Below, one piece after another: positions 28,985-37,242 of a DNA stretch of 37,242 nucleotides. The notes under the pieces are model-generated. The model was not told the DNA's origin, searched no databases, and saw nothing but the letters and a program-made list of their open reading frames with translations. The stretch spans positions 1 through 37,242 of the forward strand of contig CAZDMH010000034.1 of assembly GCA_964506755.1 (NCBI GenBank), in the 5' to 3' direction. The translations under genes were made by a program, and so were the position numbers. The first letter of the stretch is position 1; each line of letters opens with the position of its first letter. This DNA comes from an uncultured Spirochaetales bacterium. GTDB taxonomy: Bacteria > Spirochaetota > Spirochaetia > DAHUYW01.

Positions 28985-29332
28985 CTACTCGGGCTGCAGC
29001 TCTTCCGGCTCCCCGGTATCTTCGACGATCCTCAGTTCCTCGAGCGCCTCGACTCCCGGGCTGCCGAGGTTCTTTTCGAGCTTTGCCATCCCTTTCTCGA
29101 GCCCGTTTTCGATGCAGAATGATCTGAGTGCAGAGCTCAGGCGCCTCAGTCCGTCCTTCTGTTCCTCGAGCTCCTTGAAGGCCGCGCGAAGATTGCTCAT
29201 ATCCTTCATGTACTCTTGAAAAAGATCGTCCTTGGTGTCGATTTCGCGTTGTAGGGAACGAAAAACACGAATGACGCTGTTGAAGTCTCCGCACGACATG
29301 AAATCCTTGATCGTCTCTTCACTAAACTTCAT
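28985..29332 (-). CDS. Small (115-aa) predicted coiled-coil hypothetical protein
   Basis: It starts at MKFSEETIKDF… Heptad-like E/K/L-rich helices follow. There is no motif match. Its own promoter and inverted repeat lie upstream. Confidence 0.5.
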   Translation of the reverse strand: MKFSEETIKDFMSCGDFNSVIRVFRSLQREIDTKDDLFQEYMKDMSNLRAAFKELEEQKDGLRRLSSALRSFCIENGLEKGMAKLEKNLGSPGVEALEELRIVEDTGEPEELQPE

Positions 29333-29410
29333 AAGTCGACCCGTTTCTCGTCGCCGAAGCCGATCCGGCGCGTGGTTTCGAATGTACAAAATTCGAAAGT
29401 GCAGAATGAG

Positions 29411-29438
29411 ATTATATCGAAATATGGAGGTGTTACAA
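29411..29438 (-). promoter_or_regulatory. Minus-strand sigma70-like promoter TTGTAA-N16-TATAAT for the 115-aa gene
   Basis: The reverse complement of 29433-29438 is TTGTAA and the reverse complement of 29411-29416 is TATAAT, with a 16-nt spacer. An inverted repeat TTTCGAA-N9-TTCGAAA at 29376-29398 lies just downstream of the predicted TSS. Confidence 0.35.
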
Positions 29439-29794
29439 GCTCTCCGTTCCGACTTTTCGATGTCGACCTCGAAAAGTCGCCGCAATTGCTTCCCACCATC
29501 AGGAGCCTACCGAATGGCGCCCTTGGTCTGCTTTTGAGAGGTCGGACGCCTGGACGCGAGCCGCTATTCCCAACGAAACAGAAGCGATGCTTTCAGAAGG
29601 AACACTGCGCTGAACCCGGCGAGGATAAGATATTGAGGGAGGACTTGAACGAACCCTGCACCGTTGAGCATGATATCGCGTGCACCGGTGACGAAGTTCA
29701 TCGCGGAGACCGGTGTCGCCGGTACCCGAGGCTCCTGCCGGGTACAGCTTCTACTCGGTGAAGCTCCTATCGAAACAAATCGAACCTCCGAACA

Positions 29795-29823
29795 TTGACA
29801 GCCGAGCGATCGGCTGCTATAAG
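29795..29823 (+). promoter_or_regulatory. Sigma70-like promoter TTGACA-N17-TATAAG for hybrid kinase 1
   Basis: The -35 is perfect and the -10 matches 5 of 6 positions. The spacer carries a 16/18 palindrome CAGCCGagcgatCGGCTG. The distance to the ATG is about 115 nt. Confidence 0.5.
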
Positions 29824-29943
29824 GAGTATCGGTCAAGCAAAAAATCTGTGCGCCGGGCTACAGGCCGGCGATTCCGCGATCCCTCCGAGGAGTGGTGCCG
29901 GGCGCCCAGATGTCACGGCTGGCTATCGAGCAGGAGCAATCAG

Positions 29944-31968
29944 ATGGGCGATTCCGAGGATACGCGTTCGGGGATCGATGTGCTCGACCGAGCAGTGCGA
30001 AGCAAACGGGAGGAACTCGAGAAGAGGATTCGCGAGGTTCTTCTCGCGTCGATCTACGAGAACCGGTATACACTTCATCCTCGACAGTTACAGGAGCACG
30101 CCGCCGCCGAAGTCGACGGTTTGATCGAGTTCCTCGAGGGGCGACGAGCCGACCTGGCAGAAGACCGCGGACGCCAGGCCGCTCACGCCGGGCTGGGGGT
30201 TTCGAGCGTTCTCGGTCTCTTCACGGTCATCGAGACGTTCGCCACTGAGAAAGTCAGGTCTGCCGGGGCTCCAGCTCTCGAGAGCGTCCTTTCACTTCTC
30301 GAGGAGTACCGATCCGCATTCCTAACGGGATGTTTCGAAGAACGAGACAGTCAGCTGCTGAAGGATCAGGAGCAGCTCAGGCGGGCGCTTGCTGCAGTGC
30401 TCGAACGACAGAGCCGCGAGCTGCAGGTTCGCAACTATGCCATAGGAACGACAATCAACGGGATCCTGATTTCCGATCTCGACGGAACCGTCAACTACGT
30501 CAACGCCGCCTTTCTGAAGATGTGGGGATTCGCGGCGGCGTCGGAGGCCCTTGGCGCACATGTAACCTCGTTTTGGAAGGGGACGCGCGCGAAGGAGATC
30601 TTCGAGAATCTCTCCGAGACCGACGGATGGCACGGAGAGCTCACCGCGCTGCGACGAGACGAGTCGTTTTTTGAAGTCGAGCTCTCTGCCTCCGTAATTC
30701 GTGACGAGACCGGCAATGCGCTCGGGATCATGTCGTCGTTTATCGACATTACCGAGAGCAAGCGGCTGCGCGACCATGTATTTCATCGGCAGAAGATGGA
30801 AGCACTCGGCGAGCTCGCGGGCGGAATTGCTCACGATTTCAACAATCTCCTGACCGCGATTTCCGGTTACGTCCAGCTTATGCTCGCGGACGCCGATCCT
30901 GAGAGTGAGTTGCACAAGGATCTCGTTCAGATCAAGACGGCTGTAGACCGCGGCGCCGACTTGACGAAACAACTGAGGTTCTTCACTCGCCAGGCGTCGG
31001 GCGTACGTCAATTCATCGATGTGAATCAGTTGATCAAGGAAACTTCGGACCTGGTCAAACGTACCTTTCCCCTCGAAATCGCCGTCGAGCCGGCGCTTTC
31101 ACCCGATCTGTGGTCGATCCACGCAGATCCTTCCCAGATCAGCCAAGTACTTATGAATCTCTGCGTCAACGCCCGCGATGCAATCATGGCGGCCGTCGAA
31201 AACGAGGAAGGTCGGGAGAGCGAAAAAGCCAAGAAACGTGGGGGAACGATGGCGCTCAGCTCCGAGAACGTCGTCCTCGACGCAGCGGAGGCTTCGGAGA
31301 TCTTCGAGGGGCATGCGGGGAATTTCGTCCGTATCCGTGTCCGGGACAACGGGATCGGTATGGCGCCCAAAGTTGTGGAGAAGCTCTTTGAGCCGTTCTT
31401 CACAACCAAAGAGCTCCGATCGGGTTCCGGGCTCGGATTAGCGGTTGTATACGGGATCGTCCATAACCATGGAGGGTTTATCGCCGTGGAGAGCGAGCTA
31501 GGACGCGGCAGCAGCTTCGAGGTCTATCTTCCTGCGGTCGAGAAGGCCGCCTCGAAGCAGGAGGAGTGGCGTCCTCCGACACGAGCCAAGCTCGCAACGG
31601 GCGACATTCTCGTCGTCGACGACGAACAGCAGGTTGGCGACGTCCTCGATCGGGCACTGAAGAGATGGGGCTACACCCCGGCGGTGTTCCGCGACGCGCG
31701 GGAGGCGGTGAAATATTTCAGCACCCGACACACGCAGATCGATCTCGTGATTCTCGACATGCTCATGCCGAAAATGGACGGACGCGAATGCTATGCGCGG
31801 CTGCGTGAAATCGACCCTGAGGTGAGGGTGGTTGTCATTACCGGTCACACCGACGACGTAACCGGGTCTGGCCCGATCATGGACGGAGTTTTGGCGACGC
31901 TCGAAAAACCTCTTGATCTGACGAATTTCGCCGGAGTGCTGGAAAGGATTCTTCAGAGACCGGCGTGA
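29944..31968 (+). CDS. Cytoplasmic PAS-containing hybrid sensor histidine kinase (sensor-PAS-HisKA-HATPase_c-REC)
   Basis: The ATG at 29944 has an AGGAG RBS 8 nt upstream. The PAS domain is at …GILISDLDGTVNYVNAAFLKMWGF… The H-box is HDFNNLLTAISGY. The G-boxes are DNGIGM and GSGLGLAVVYGIV. The receiver domain includes ILVVDDEQQ…LVILDMLMPKMDG. Confidence 0.9.
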   Translation: MGDSEDTRSGIDVLDRAVRSKREELEKRIREVLLASIYENRYTLHPRQLQEHAAAEVDGLIEFLEGRRADLAEDRGRQAAHAGLGVSSVLGLFTVIETFATEKVRSAGAPALESVLSLLEEYRSAFLTGCFEERDSQLLKDQEQLRRALAAVLERQSRELQVRNYAIGTTINGILISDLDGTVNYVNAAFLKMWGFAAASEALGAHVTSFWKGTRAKEIFENLSETDGWHGELTALRRDESFFEVELSASVIRDETGNALGIMSSFIDITESKRLRDHVFHRQKMEALGELAGGIAHDFNNLLTAISGYVQLMLADADPESELHKDLVQIKTAVDRGADLTKQLRFFTRQASGVRQFIDVNQLIKETSDLVKRTFPLEIAVEPALSPDLWSIHADPSQISQVLMNLCVNARDAIMAAVENEEGRESEKAKKRGGTMALSSENVVLDAAEASEIFEGHAGNFVRIRVRDNGIGMAPKVVEKLFEPFFTTKELRSGSGLGLAVVYGIVHNHGGFIAVESELGRGSSFEVYLPAVEKAASKQEEWRPPTRAKLATGDILVVDDEQQVGDVLDRALKRWGYTPAVFRDAREAVKYFSTRHTQIDLVILDMLMPKMDGRECYARLREIDPEVRVVVITGHTDDVTGSGPIMDGVLATLEKPLDLTNFAGVLERILQRPA

Positions 31969-31993
31969 GGCGGGTCGGATGGTTCCGCAGCAG

Positions 31994-32839
31994 CTATTTC
32001 TCGAGTATGGCTCCGTAGAAATTACTGATGCCGAGGGTGGAGGTCATCTCGTCGGCAAAGGTCTTTTCGAGATCGAGCCAATCTTCGAGGCGCTGCATGC
32101 CGGGTTCTGTCACCTTCCATTTCCCGAGTAGCCCTTCAAAGTCCTTTTTGGAACGGTTGCTGAGCGGTTGGCCCATCGTTTCATAGAGTTTGTGAAAGCT
32201 CTTCGCTTCGTCGGTTTGTTCCGAGTGATCGGCGTCGCTGATAAATAGCTTCGACCCCGGGGCTACCCAATCGTAGAGTACGCTCAGTGAGTGCTCGAGA
32301 TCCTCATCGGAGAGGAAGAACGCGATCGCGTTCAATCCAACGGCGAACTTACGGTTATCCCCGAAGATCTCCGAAATCACTTTCGAGCGAAGCACCGTTT
32401 CCGGCTTTCCAGCATCACATTGCAGATAGCGAACATGAGGTAGCTCCCTCACTATCTCTTGGCCATATGCCACCGTGACCGGATCGATGTCCGAATAGAG
32501 AACTCTCGCCTGCGGACCCGCGGTATGGTGAATGTGATCCATCGTCGGCAGGCCGGAGGCGAAATCGATAAAATCGGTAAAACCCTCTGCCGAGAGCCTC
32601 CGCACAGCCTCGCCGAGAAACCATCGAAGCAATCGCAACATCTTCGGAAAAAAAGGCGCAATTGACTGAAGTTTTTGGGCGGTCAGGCGGTCGACCTCGA
32701 AGTTGTGATCTCCGCCGAGCAGATAGTCATAGATCCGACCGGGATTCGGCTTGCTCGCATCGGCGATTCCCGAAAGATCGCTGTGTTCCTCCACCTGTTC
32801 CTCCTTACATGGATGGACTGCCGCCGTTTCCGCGACCAT
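31994..32839 (-). CDS. DUF574 (Methyltransf_19) SAM-dependent methyltransferase
   Basis: The hallmark RIYDYLLGGDHNF is present. A GAGAG RBS is present. Confidence 0.85.
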   Translation of the reverse strand: MVAETAAVHPCKEEQVEEHSDLSGIADASKPNPGRIYDYLLGGDHNFEVDRLTAQKLQSIAPFFPKMLRLLRWFLGEAVRRLSAEGFTDFIDFASGLPTMDHIHHTAGPQARVLYSDIDPVTVAYGQEIVRELPHVRYLQCDAGKPETVLRSKVISEIFGDNRKFAVGLNAIAFFLSDEDLEHSLSVLYDWVAPGSKLFISDADHSEQTDEAKSFHKLYETMGQPLSNRSKKDFEGLLGKWKVTEPGMQRLEDWLDLEKTFADEMTSTLGISNFYGAILEK

Positions 32840-32938
32840 TCGCGGAGTCTCTCTGCGCCGACAGTGTACTCGCTCCTATTATCGACCAAAGATGCGGACA
32901 AGTATAGTCCGTTCCTGCGCCGCGTCGGGACGGTCAGT

Positions 32939-33886
32939 CTATATTGGCTTGAGGTTCGCGACGATCTTTTGGCGGTGCGGCTCGAGGAAGGGGGCGAGAA
33001 CGATCTTCTCACCCAGTTCGGCTGGATCTTCGTCGACTCCGAAGCCCGGCTCGTCTGAAGCGATTTCGAACAGAATACCGTTCGGCTCGCGGAAATAGAG
33101 GCTGCGAAACCAGAACCGGTCGACTTTTCCGCTGTTGGGAATGCCCAACTCGTTCAGGCGCTCAGCCCACTTGTCATACTCCTCGTAGGTCGGTGTGCGA
33201 AACGCCACGTGATGGACTCCTCCCGCGCCCGGACGGGCGACCGGCATGTCGGGCTGGACGGAAACGTGGAGCTCGGCCCGCGGTCCGCCGTGTCCCATTG
33301 CGTAGACGTAAACGGGGTGGTTCGGATTGTCGGGATGCGGGTACTCGCGAACGGTGTGCATGTTGATAGCGCGTTGGAGAAGAACGTCCGTCGGCTCGAG
33401 GCTCGGGACGCTCATGAGAATCGGTCCTAGCCCACGGATTTGGTAGGCAGCCGGCACCGGGCTCCGGTCCCAGGGGAAGGAATCGCCCACGCCTCCATCG
33501 TCGAGGAGGGCAAGGCGCTGGCCTTCGGGATCCTCGAAATCGATCAGAGCACGCCCATCACGCTCAATGATCTCGCCCGTCACCACTCCGCGGTCGCGAA
33601 GACGCTTGGCCCACCATTCGAGTGCCTCGTCGCCCGCGATCCGCAGATGTGTACGGGTGATCGCGCGAGTTCCGCGCTGTTCGCTCGGGACCGGCCAGTC
33701 GAAGAAGGTGAGATCGCTTCCCGGGCTTCCCTTTGCGTCGCCATAGAAGAGGTGGTAGGCGCTCACGTCGTCCTGATTGACACTGCGTTTGACGAGCCTC
33801 ATTCCGAGGGTCTGCGTGTAGAAACGATGATTCTCGCGGATCTGCGCCGACACTGCGGTAAGGTGGTGAATCCCTTTCAAGTCCAT
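32939..33886 (-). CDS. VOC-family ring-cleaving dioxygenase (MhqO/YdfO-like, two glyoxalase-like domains)
   Basis: It starts at [13 protein letters not shown], with an AGGAGG RBS 6 nt upstream. A second VOC repeat with GGVHHVAF is present. Confidence 0.85.
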   Translation of the reverse strand: MDLKGIHHLTAVSAQIRENHRFYTQTLGMRLVKRSVNQDDVSAYHLFYGDAKGSPGSDLTFFDWPVPSEQRGTRAITRTHLRIAGDEALEWWAKRLRDRGVVTGEIIERDGRALIDFEDPEGQRLALLDDGGVGDSFPWDRSPVPAAYQIRGLGPILMSVPSLEPTDVLLQRAINMHTVREYPHPDNPNHPVYVYAMGHGGPRAELHVSVQPDMPVARPGAGGVHHVAFRTPTYEEYDKWAERLNELGIPNSGKVDRFWFRSLYFREPNGILFEIASDEPGFGVDEDPAELGEKIVLAPFLEPHRQKIVANLKPI

Positions 33887-34509
33887 TCGGACCTCCTGTC
33901 GCGAAGCCACTCGGCCGCAGCCTGGATCTCAAGTCGACTCAGCCCATGACCCCCCGACTCCCAATGATGGGTTACCGCCGCGCCGTACTTCACGAGGAGC
34001 TGTTCCAGCTCTTCGGACTGCTCGGGGCGTATGATCGGATCATTCCTCCCCGAGCCCATGAAGACTGGAACCCCGGTGAGGGCGGGCGGATCGTCGGGGA
34101 GAATCGGCACCATCGAGTGGAACAGTACCGCCGCAGCCAAGACGCCCGGGTGCAGCAGGAGCAGGCTCGCCGCAATGTTGGCTCCGTTCGAGTAGCCGAC
34201 CGCAACGACGCGCTGTGGGTTGAATTGGTAGTGCGCGCTCGCATCCGAGACGAAACGAACGAGCTCCGCACTTCGGCGCCTCACGTCCTCGAGATCGAAC
34301 ACCCCCTCCGACAGCCGCCGGAAGTAGCGCGGCATACCGTTTTCGAGAACTCTCCCCCGTGGGCTGAGTCGCGCAGCACCCGGCAACAAGGCCTCTCCGA
34401 GGCCGAGCAGGTCGTCCTCGTTGCCGCCGGTGCCGTGGAGTAGGAGAAGGATGGCGGTGTCTTCGTTTTGCGGCGGAATATACCTGTGAATGAACTCAGA
34501 CGGCGGCAT
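33877..34509 (-). CDS. Phospholipase/carboxylesterase-family alpha/beta hydrolase (MhqD-like)
   Basis: [14 protein letters not shown] is present, along with the nucleophile elbow GYSNG. A GGGAG RBS is present. It overlaps the dioxygenase gene by 10 nt. Confidence 0.85.
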   Translation of the reverse strand: MPPSEFIHRYIPPQNEDTAILLLLHGTGGNEDDLLGLGEALLPGAARLSPRGRVLENGMPRYFRRLSEGVFDLEDVRRRSAELVRFVSDASAHYQFNPQRVVAVGYSNGANIAASLLLLHPGVLAAAVLFHSMVPILPDDPPALTGVPVFMGSGRNDPIIRPEQSEELEQLLVKYGAAVTHHWESGGHGLSRLEIQAAAEWLRDRRSEWT

Positions 34510-34656
34510 ATGCTATCTCCCAGACGAGTTGAGGAATCGGCTGTCCGGACACGACAGCATCAAGTTAATTTAGTACTAAACTTTCACGCAGTCAAGAAAT
34601 GGAGCATGGGTATTGAAAAGGTTGCACAAATCAGATGAAAATGCAGCGGTATCGTG

Positions 34657-36222
34657 ATGTTCCGAATGAATGGCAAGATGAAAAAGCTGACACCAATCCT
34701 AGTTTCGTTTGGAGAACGGTGGCTCCTCGCGCATGGCTGGCGGCGAACGCTCATCATTGCCGTTACGGGTCTGGTTTATTTCGGAGCTCACCTTGCGGCT
34801 TTCCTATCAGGTGGATTCGAGCCGTTCTTTTTCAGCTTCAACTTCTTCCTCATAATCTTGGCCTCGGCCAGCCTTGGCACATGGGGAGGTGTCGCTGCCG
34901 CCGCAGTCTCGGGGCTCATATGGGGCCCGTTTGTCATGGTATTCATCAGCACCGGTCACGGCACCCCCAACGTCGTGTGGATCGTTCGCTTTGCGGTGCT
35001 GATCGTCTTCGGGCTTCTCTCAGGTACCGTGATGTCCATCTTCCGATATCAGATCCGTATCCAGAGGGAGACGAACGATCGGTTGATTCAGGCGCAGAAG
35101 ATGGAAGCGATCGGGCGGCTCACCGGAGGGATCGCACACGATTTCAACAATATGCTGACGGCGATCGGTGGCTATGCAGAGCTGATCGCGTTGGAGACAA
35201 CGTCGAGCCCGATTCTGGAGACCTTGTCGGGGGAGATGCTCGACGTTGTCAACCGTTCGGCGAAGTTGAACCATCAGCTTCTCGCGATCAGTCGCCAGAC
35301 CCGCCTCGAGACCCGGCCGGTCGACATAGAAGAGGAAATTCAGGACCTCGGCAAGATCCTTGCCCGCATCATTGGCGACAACATCGAGCTCCACGTTTCA
35401 CTTGCTGCCAACCGTTGGAAGGTCGATGCGGACCCAGTGCGAATCGACCAAGTGCTCATGAACCTTGCAGTCAACGCTGTGGACGCGATGACGCACGGCG
35501 GCAAGCTGATCTTTCGTACAGAAAGTCTTACCGTCGATTCGGTTTTCGCCTCGCAGCATCCGGGCCTCGCACTCGGCGATCACGTCATGATCACGGTAAA
35601 GGACACCGGAATCGGCATGGATGCCGAAACGTCCTCGCATGTTTTCGAGCCTTTCTTCACGACGAAGGAAGCCGGGAAGGGCACAGGTCTTGGGCTCTCT
35701 ACCTCCTATGGGATCGTCAAACAACTGAAAGGCGATATCTGGTTCACCAGCACCCCCGGCCTCGGAACGAGCTTCAAGGTTTGTCTGCCCCGCTCGCGTG
35801 AAAAGACGATCGGAAATGAAAAGGGGGCCCGCACTCGTAGGGCAGGCACAAAGACCGCTGACGCGTCGGTGCTCGTCGTCGAGGACAACCAATTCGTGAG
35901 ATCGGTCATCTCTCGCGTGCTGCGGTACGAAGGCTATTCCGTTATGGCGGCAGACGACGCAGAGAAGGCACTCAAGGTCATTCAGGATCCGGCGACAACG
36001 ATCGACGTGCTCATTACCGACCTCGTCATGCCGCAGCGCACCGGTCTGGATGTCATCGAAAGCGTCTATAGGCTACGACCTTCCATCGGGGTCATCGTTA
36101 TTTCGGGGCACGAAATAGACGAAAACGCGAACATGGAGATCACCGCTCTCGCGGACAAGTTTCTCCAAAAGCCCTTCACCGGGGAGCAACTGCTCACCAG
36201 CGTGCATCAACTTCTCGGATAG
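34657..36222 (+). CDS. Membrane-bound hybrid sensor histidine kinase (4 TM-HisKA-HATPase_c-REC)
   Basis: The H-box is IAHDFNNMLTAIGGY. The G-boxes are DTGIGM and GTGLGLSTSYGIV. The receiver includes VLVVEDNQ…VLITDLVMPQRTG. Four N-terminal TM helices are present. The start is ambiguous between GTG 34654, ATG 34657, 34666 and 34678. Confidence 0.9.
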   Translation: MFRMNGKMKKLTPILVSFGERWLLAHGWRRTLIIAVTGLVYFGAHLAAFLSGGFEPFFFSFNFFLIILASASLGTWGGVAAAAVSGLIWGPFVMVFISTGHGTPNVVWIVRFAVLIVFGLLSGTVMSIFRYQIRIQRETNDRLIQAQKMEAIGRLTGGIAHDFNNMLTAIGGYAELIALETTSSPILETLSGEMLDVVNRSAKLNHQLLAISRQTRLETRPVDIEEEIQDLGKILARIIGDNIELHVSLAANRWKVDADPVRIDQVLMNLAVNAVDAMTHGGKLIFRTESLTVDSVFASQHPGLALGDHVMITVKDTGIGMDAETSSHVFEPFFTTKEAGKGTGLGLSTSYGIVKQLKGDIWFTSTPGLGTSFKVCLPRSREKTIGNEKGARTRRAGTKTADASVLVVEDNQFVRSVISRVLRYEGYSVMAADDAEKALKVIQDPATTIDVLITDLVMPQRTGLDVIESVYRLRPSIGVIVISGHEIDENANMEITALADKFLQKPFTGEQLLTSVHQLLG

Positions 36223-36312
36223 AGCACACGCGGAGAGAGGCCGCTCTGCCCTTTTCTTCCGTGCCGATTTGGACGTAAGATACCCTATTCAACAACTCGA
36301 AAGGAATGTTCG

Positions 36313-36840
36313 ATGCTTGCACACATCGTACGCCTCGATGGTGGGGCTACTCACGGATGGCAGGTCCGTTTCAATCTCTCCGACGACACCAGTCGATACG
36401 AATCGAAGCTCTTCTCCGACAGACTATGCGGCGGCAAACGAAAGGCGCGCCGGCAAGCCGATGAGTTTCTTCAGACCGAGCTACGGAAACACGGCATTGA
36501 CGACCTACCCAGAGGTCGCCGGCGAGGCATGATGTTTGCGGAGGATCCGGACCGAACATGTCGGGCAAATACCTCTGGTCGAACGGGGGTGTACCGGGGA
36601 GAGCATACACGACAGCTTGCCAACGGAGTTCAGCAGGTGCGCTACTACGCGGCTTCCTACACGATTGGCCCCGACGGTAGACGGACGAAGAGATCGAAGA
36701 AATTCTACTTCGGAACGGAGCGCACCGAGGACGAGGCGCTCGATTTGGCAATAGAGTTTCGAGAGGGGTGGGAGGACGCCTACTTGAGCGGCGGGGCTAC
36801 CGCCGTGAAGCGGTTTTTCAAATCGTGGAACGCCGGATGA
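36313..36840 (+). CDS. Tandem AP2-like (AP2/ERF-type) DNA-binding domain protein
   Basis: An AAGGAA RBS precedes the ATG. Domain 2, GVYRGEHTRQ…YYAASYTIGP…KFYFGTERTEDEALDLAIEFRE, has the AP2 shape YRGV…G.F.T.EEA..AYD. Domain 1, GWQVRFNLSDD…SKLFSD..GGKRKARRQADEFL, is a weaker copy. Confidence 0.6.
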   Translation: MLAHIVRLDGGATHGWQVRFNLSDDTSRYESKLFSDRLCGGKRKARRQADEFLQTELRKHGIDDLPRGRRRGMMFAEDPDRTCRANTSGRTGVYRGEHTRQLANGVQQVRYYAASYTIGPDGRRTKRSKKFYFGTERTEDEALDLAIEFREGWEDAYLSGGATAVKRFFKSWNAG

Positions 36841-36914
36841 TCCGTTCTCTCATCTCAGCATCAGCGCTGCCGCTCTGCGACGAAGCGTCCAACGGCTTGA
36901 TCCCCGGCGGCGGG

Positions 36915-37190
36915 CTATCTCTTCCCGGTGACCTTGATGATGTGATAGCCGAACTGGGTGGACACGACATCTGAGATCGAACCGACCCCGAGGCTCTTGC
37001 ATGCCCGCTCGAATGCCGGGACCATCTTGCCCGGTCCGAACCAGCCGAGATCGCCACCTGCAGACTTCGACGGACAGGTCGAAAAATCGCGCGCGAGCGA
37101 TGCAAAATTCGCCCCTTGCTTGGCCTTGATCTTCAGTTGCTCCGCTTGCGCTCTATCCTTGACGAGTATGTGGCTTGCTTTCCATTCCAT
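36915..37190 (-). CDS. Parvulin-type peptidyl-prolyl cis-trans isomerase (PpiC/Par10-like)
   Basis: ASHILV…CPSKSAGGDLGWFGPGKMVPAFE…FGYHIIKV is a rotamase signature. An AGGAG RBS is present. Confidence 0.9.
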   Translation of the reverse strand: MEWKASHILVKDRAQAEQLKIKAKQGANFASLARDFSTCPSKSAGGDLGWFGPGKMVPAFERACKSLGVGSISDVVSTQFGYHIIKVTGKR

Positions 37191-37242
37191 ATTCTTCTCC
37201 TGGATTCATAAATCGACCGAGACATAGTAATGAATTCGCGGC

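Noticed and set aside
29641-29656. ggacttgaacgaaccc, resembling the reverse complement of a tRNA T-arm (GGTTCAAGTCC)
   Set aside because: It contains a 2-nt insertion. No acceptor, D-stem or anticodon-stem pairing can be built around it.
29713-29943. Upstream extension of hybrid kinase 1. Also the 129-aa GTG ORF at 29372..29761.
   Set aside because: Both lie in the promoter region. They lack an RBS and have Arg-rich, low-complexity composition. The ATG at 29944 has a good AGGAG.

Overview
This 37.2-kb window is a high-GC (about 60%) bacterial chromosomal segment that is densely coding, with roughly 38 genes on both strands. I found no rRNA, tRNA, CRISPR array, transposase or integrase. The GC-rich sequence produces many long antisense ORFs in the six-frame track. 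I rejected these in favour of ORFs carrying recognisable family motifs.

Gene content is mostly housekeeping and metabolic:
- A partial sugar ABC substrate-binding protein at the 5' edge.
- Cell-envelope genes: a DUF4398-like lipoprotein, a LysM protein and a class A PBP.
- A co-directional minus-strand block of gap, an FGGY sugar kinase, an AmmeMemoRadiSam-type radical SAM enzyme, a thioredoxin-reductase-like flavoprotein and a small unknown ORF.
- A plus-strand run of amidohydrolase, SGNH hydrolase, THUMP methyltransferase and clpS.
- A GntR regulator with an SPFH/stomatin protein.
- Redox and small-molecule genes: a flavodiiron protein, a membrane desaturase, and a Zn-ADH/SDR/AroE-like operon.
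- An MhqD/MhqO-like hydrolase/dioxygenase pair.
- Two paralogous orphan hybrid histidine kinases, one followed by a tandem AP2-domain DNA-binding protein.
- A parvulin PPIase at the 3' edge.

The most unusual elements are:
- The translationally coupled rSAM / TrxR-like (NADPH-motif-less) / unknown-ORF module, which sits away from its canonical AMMECR1/MEMO1 partners.
- The bacterial tandem-AP2 protein next to a hybrid kinase.
- Several near-leaderless promoters.
- Perfect palindromes in divergent intergenic regions.
- An unusually long 610-bp regulatory spacer.

All functional calls rest on motif recognition by eye. No database searches were run.
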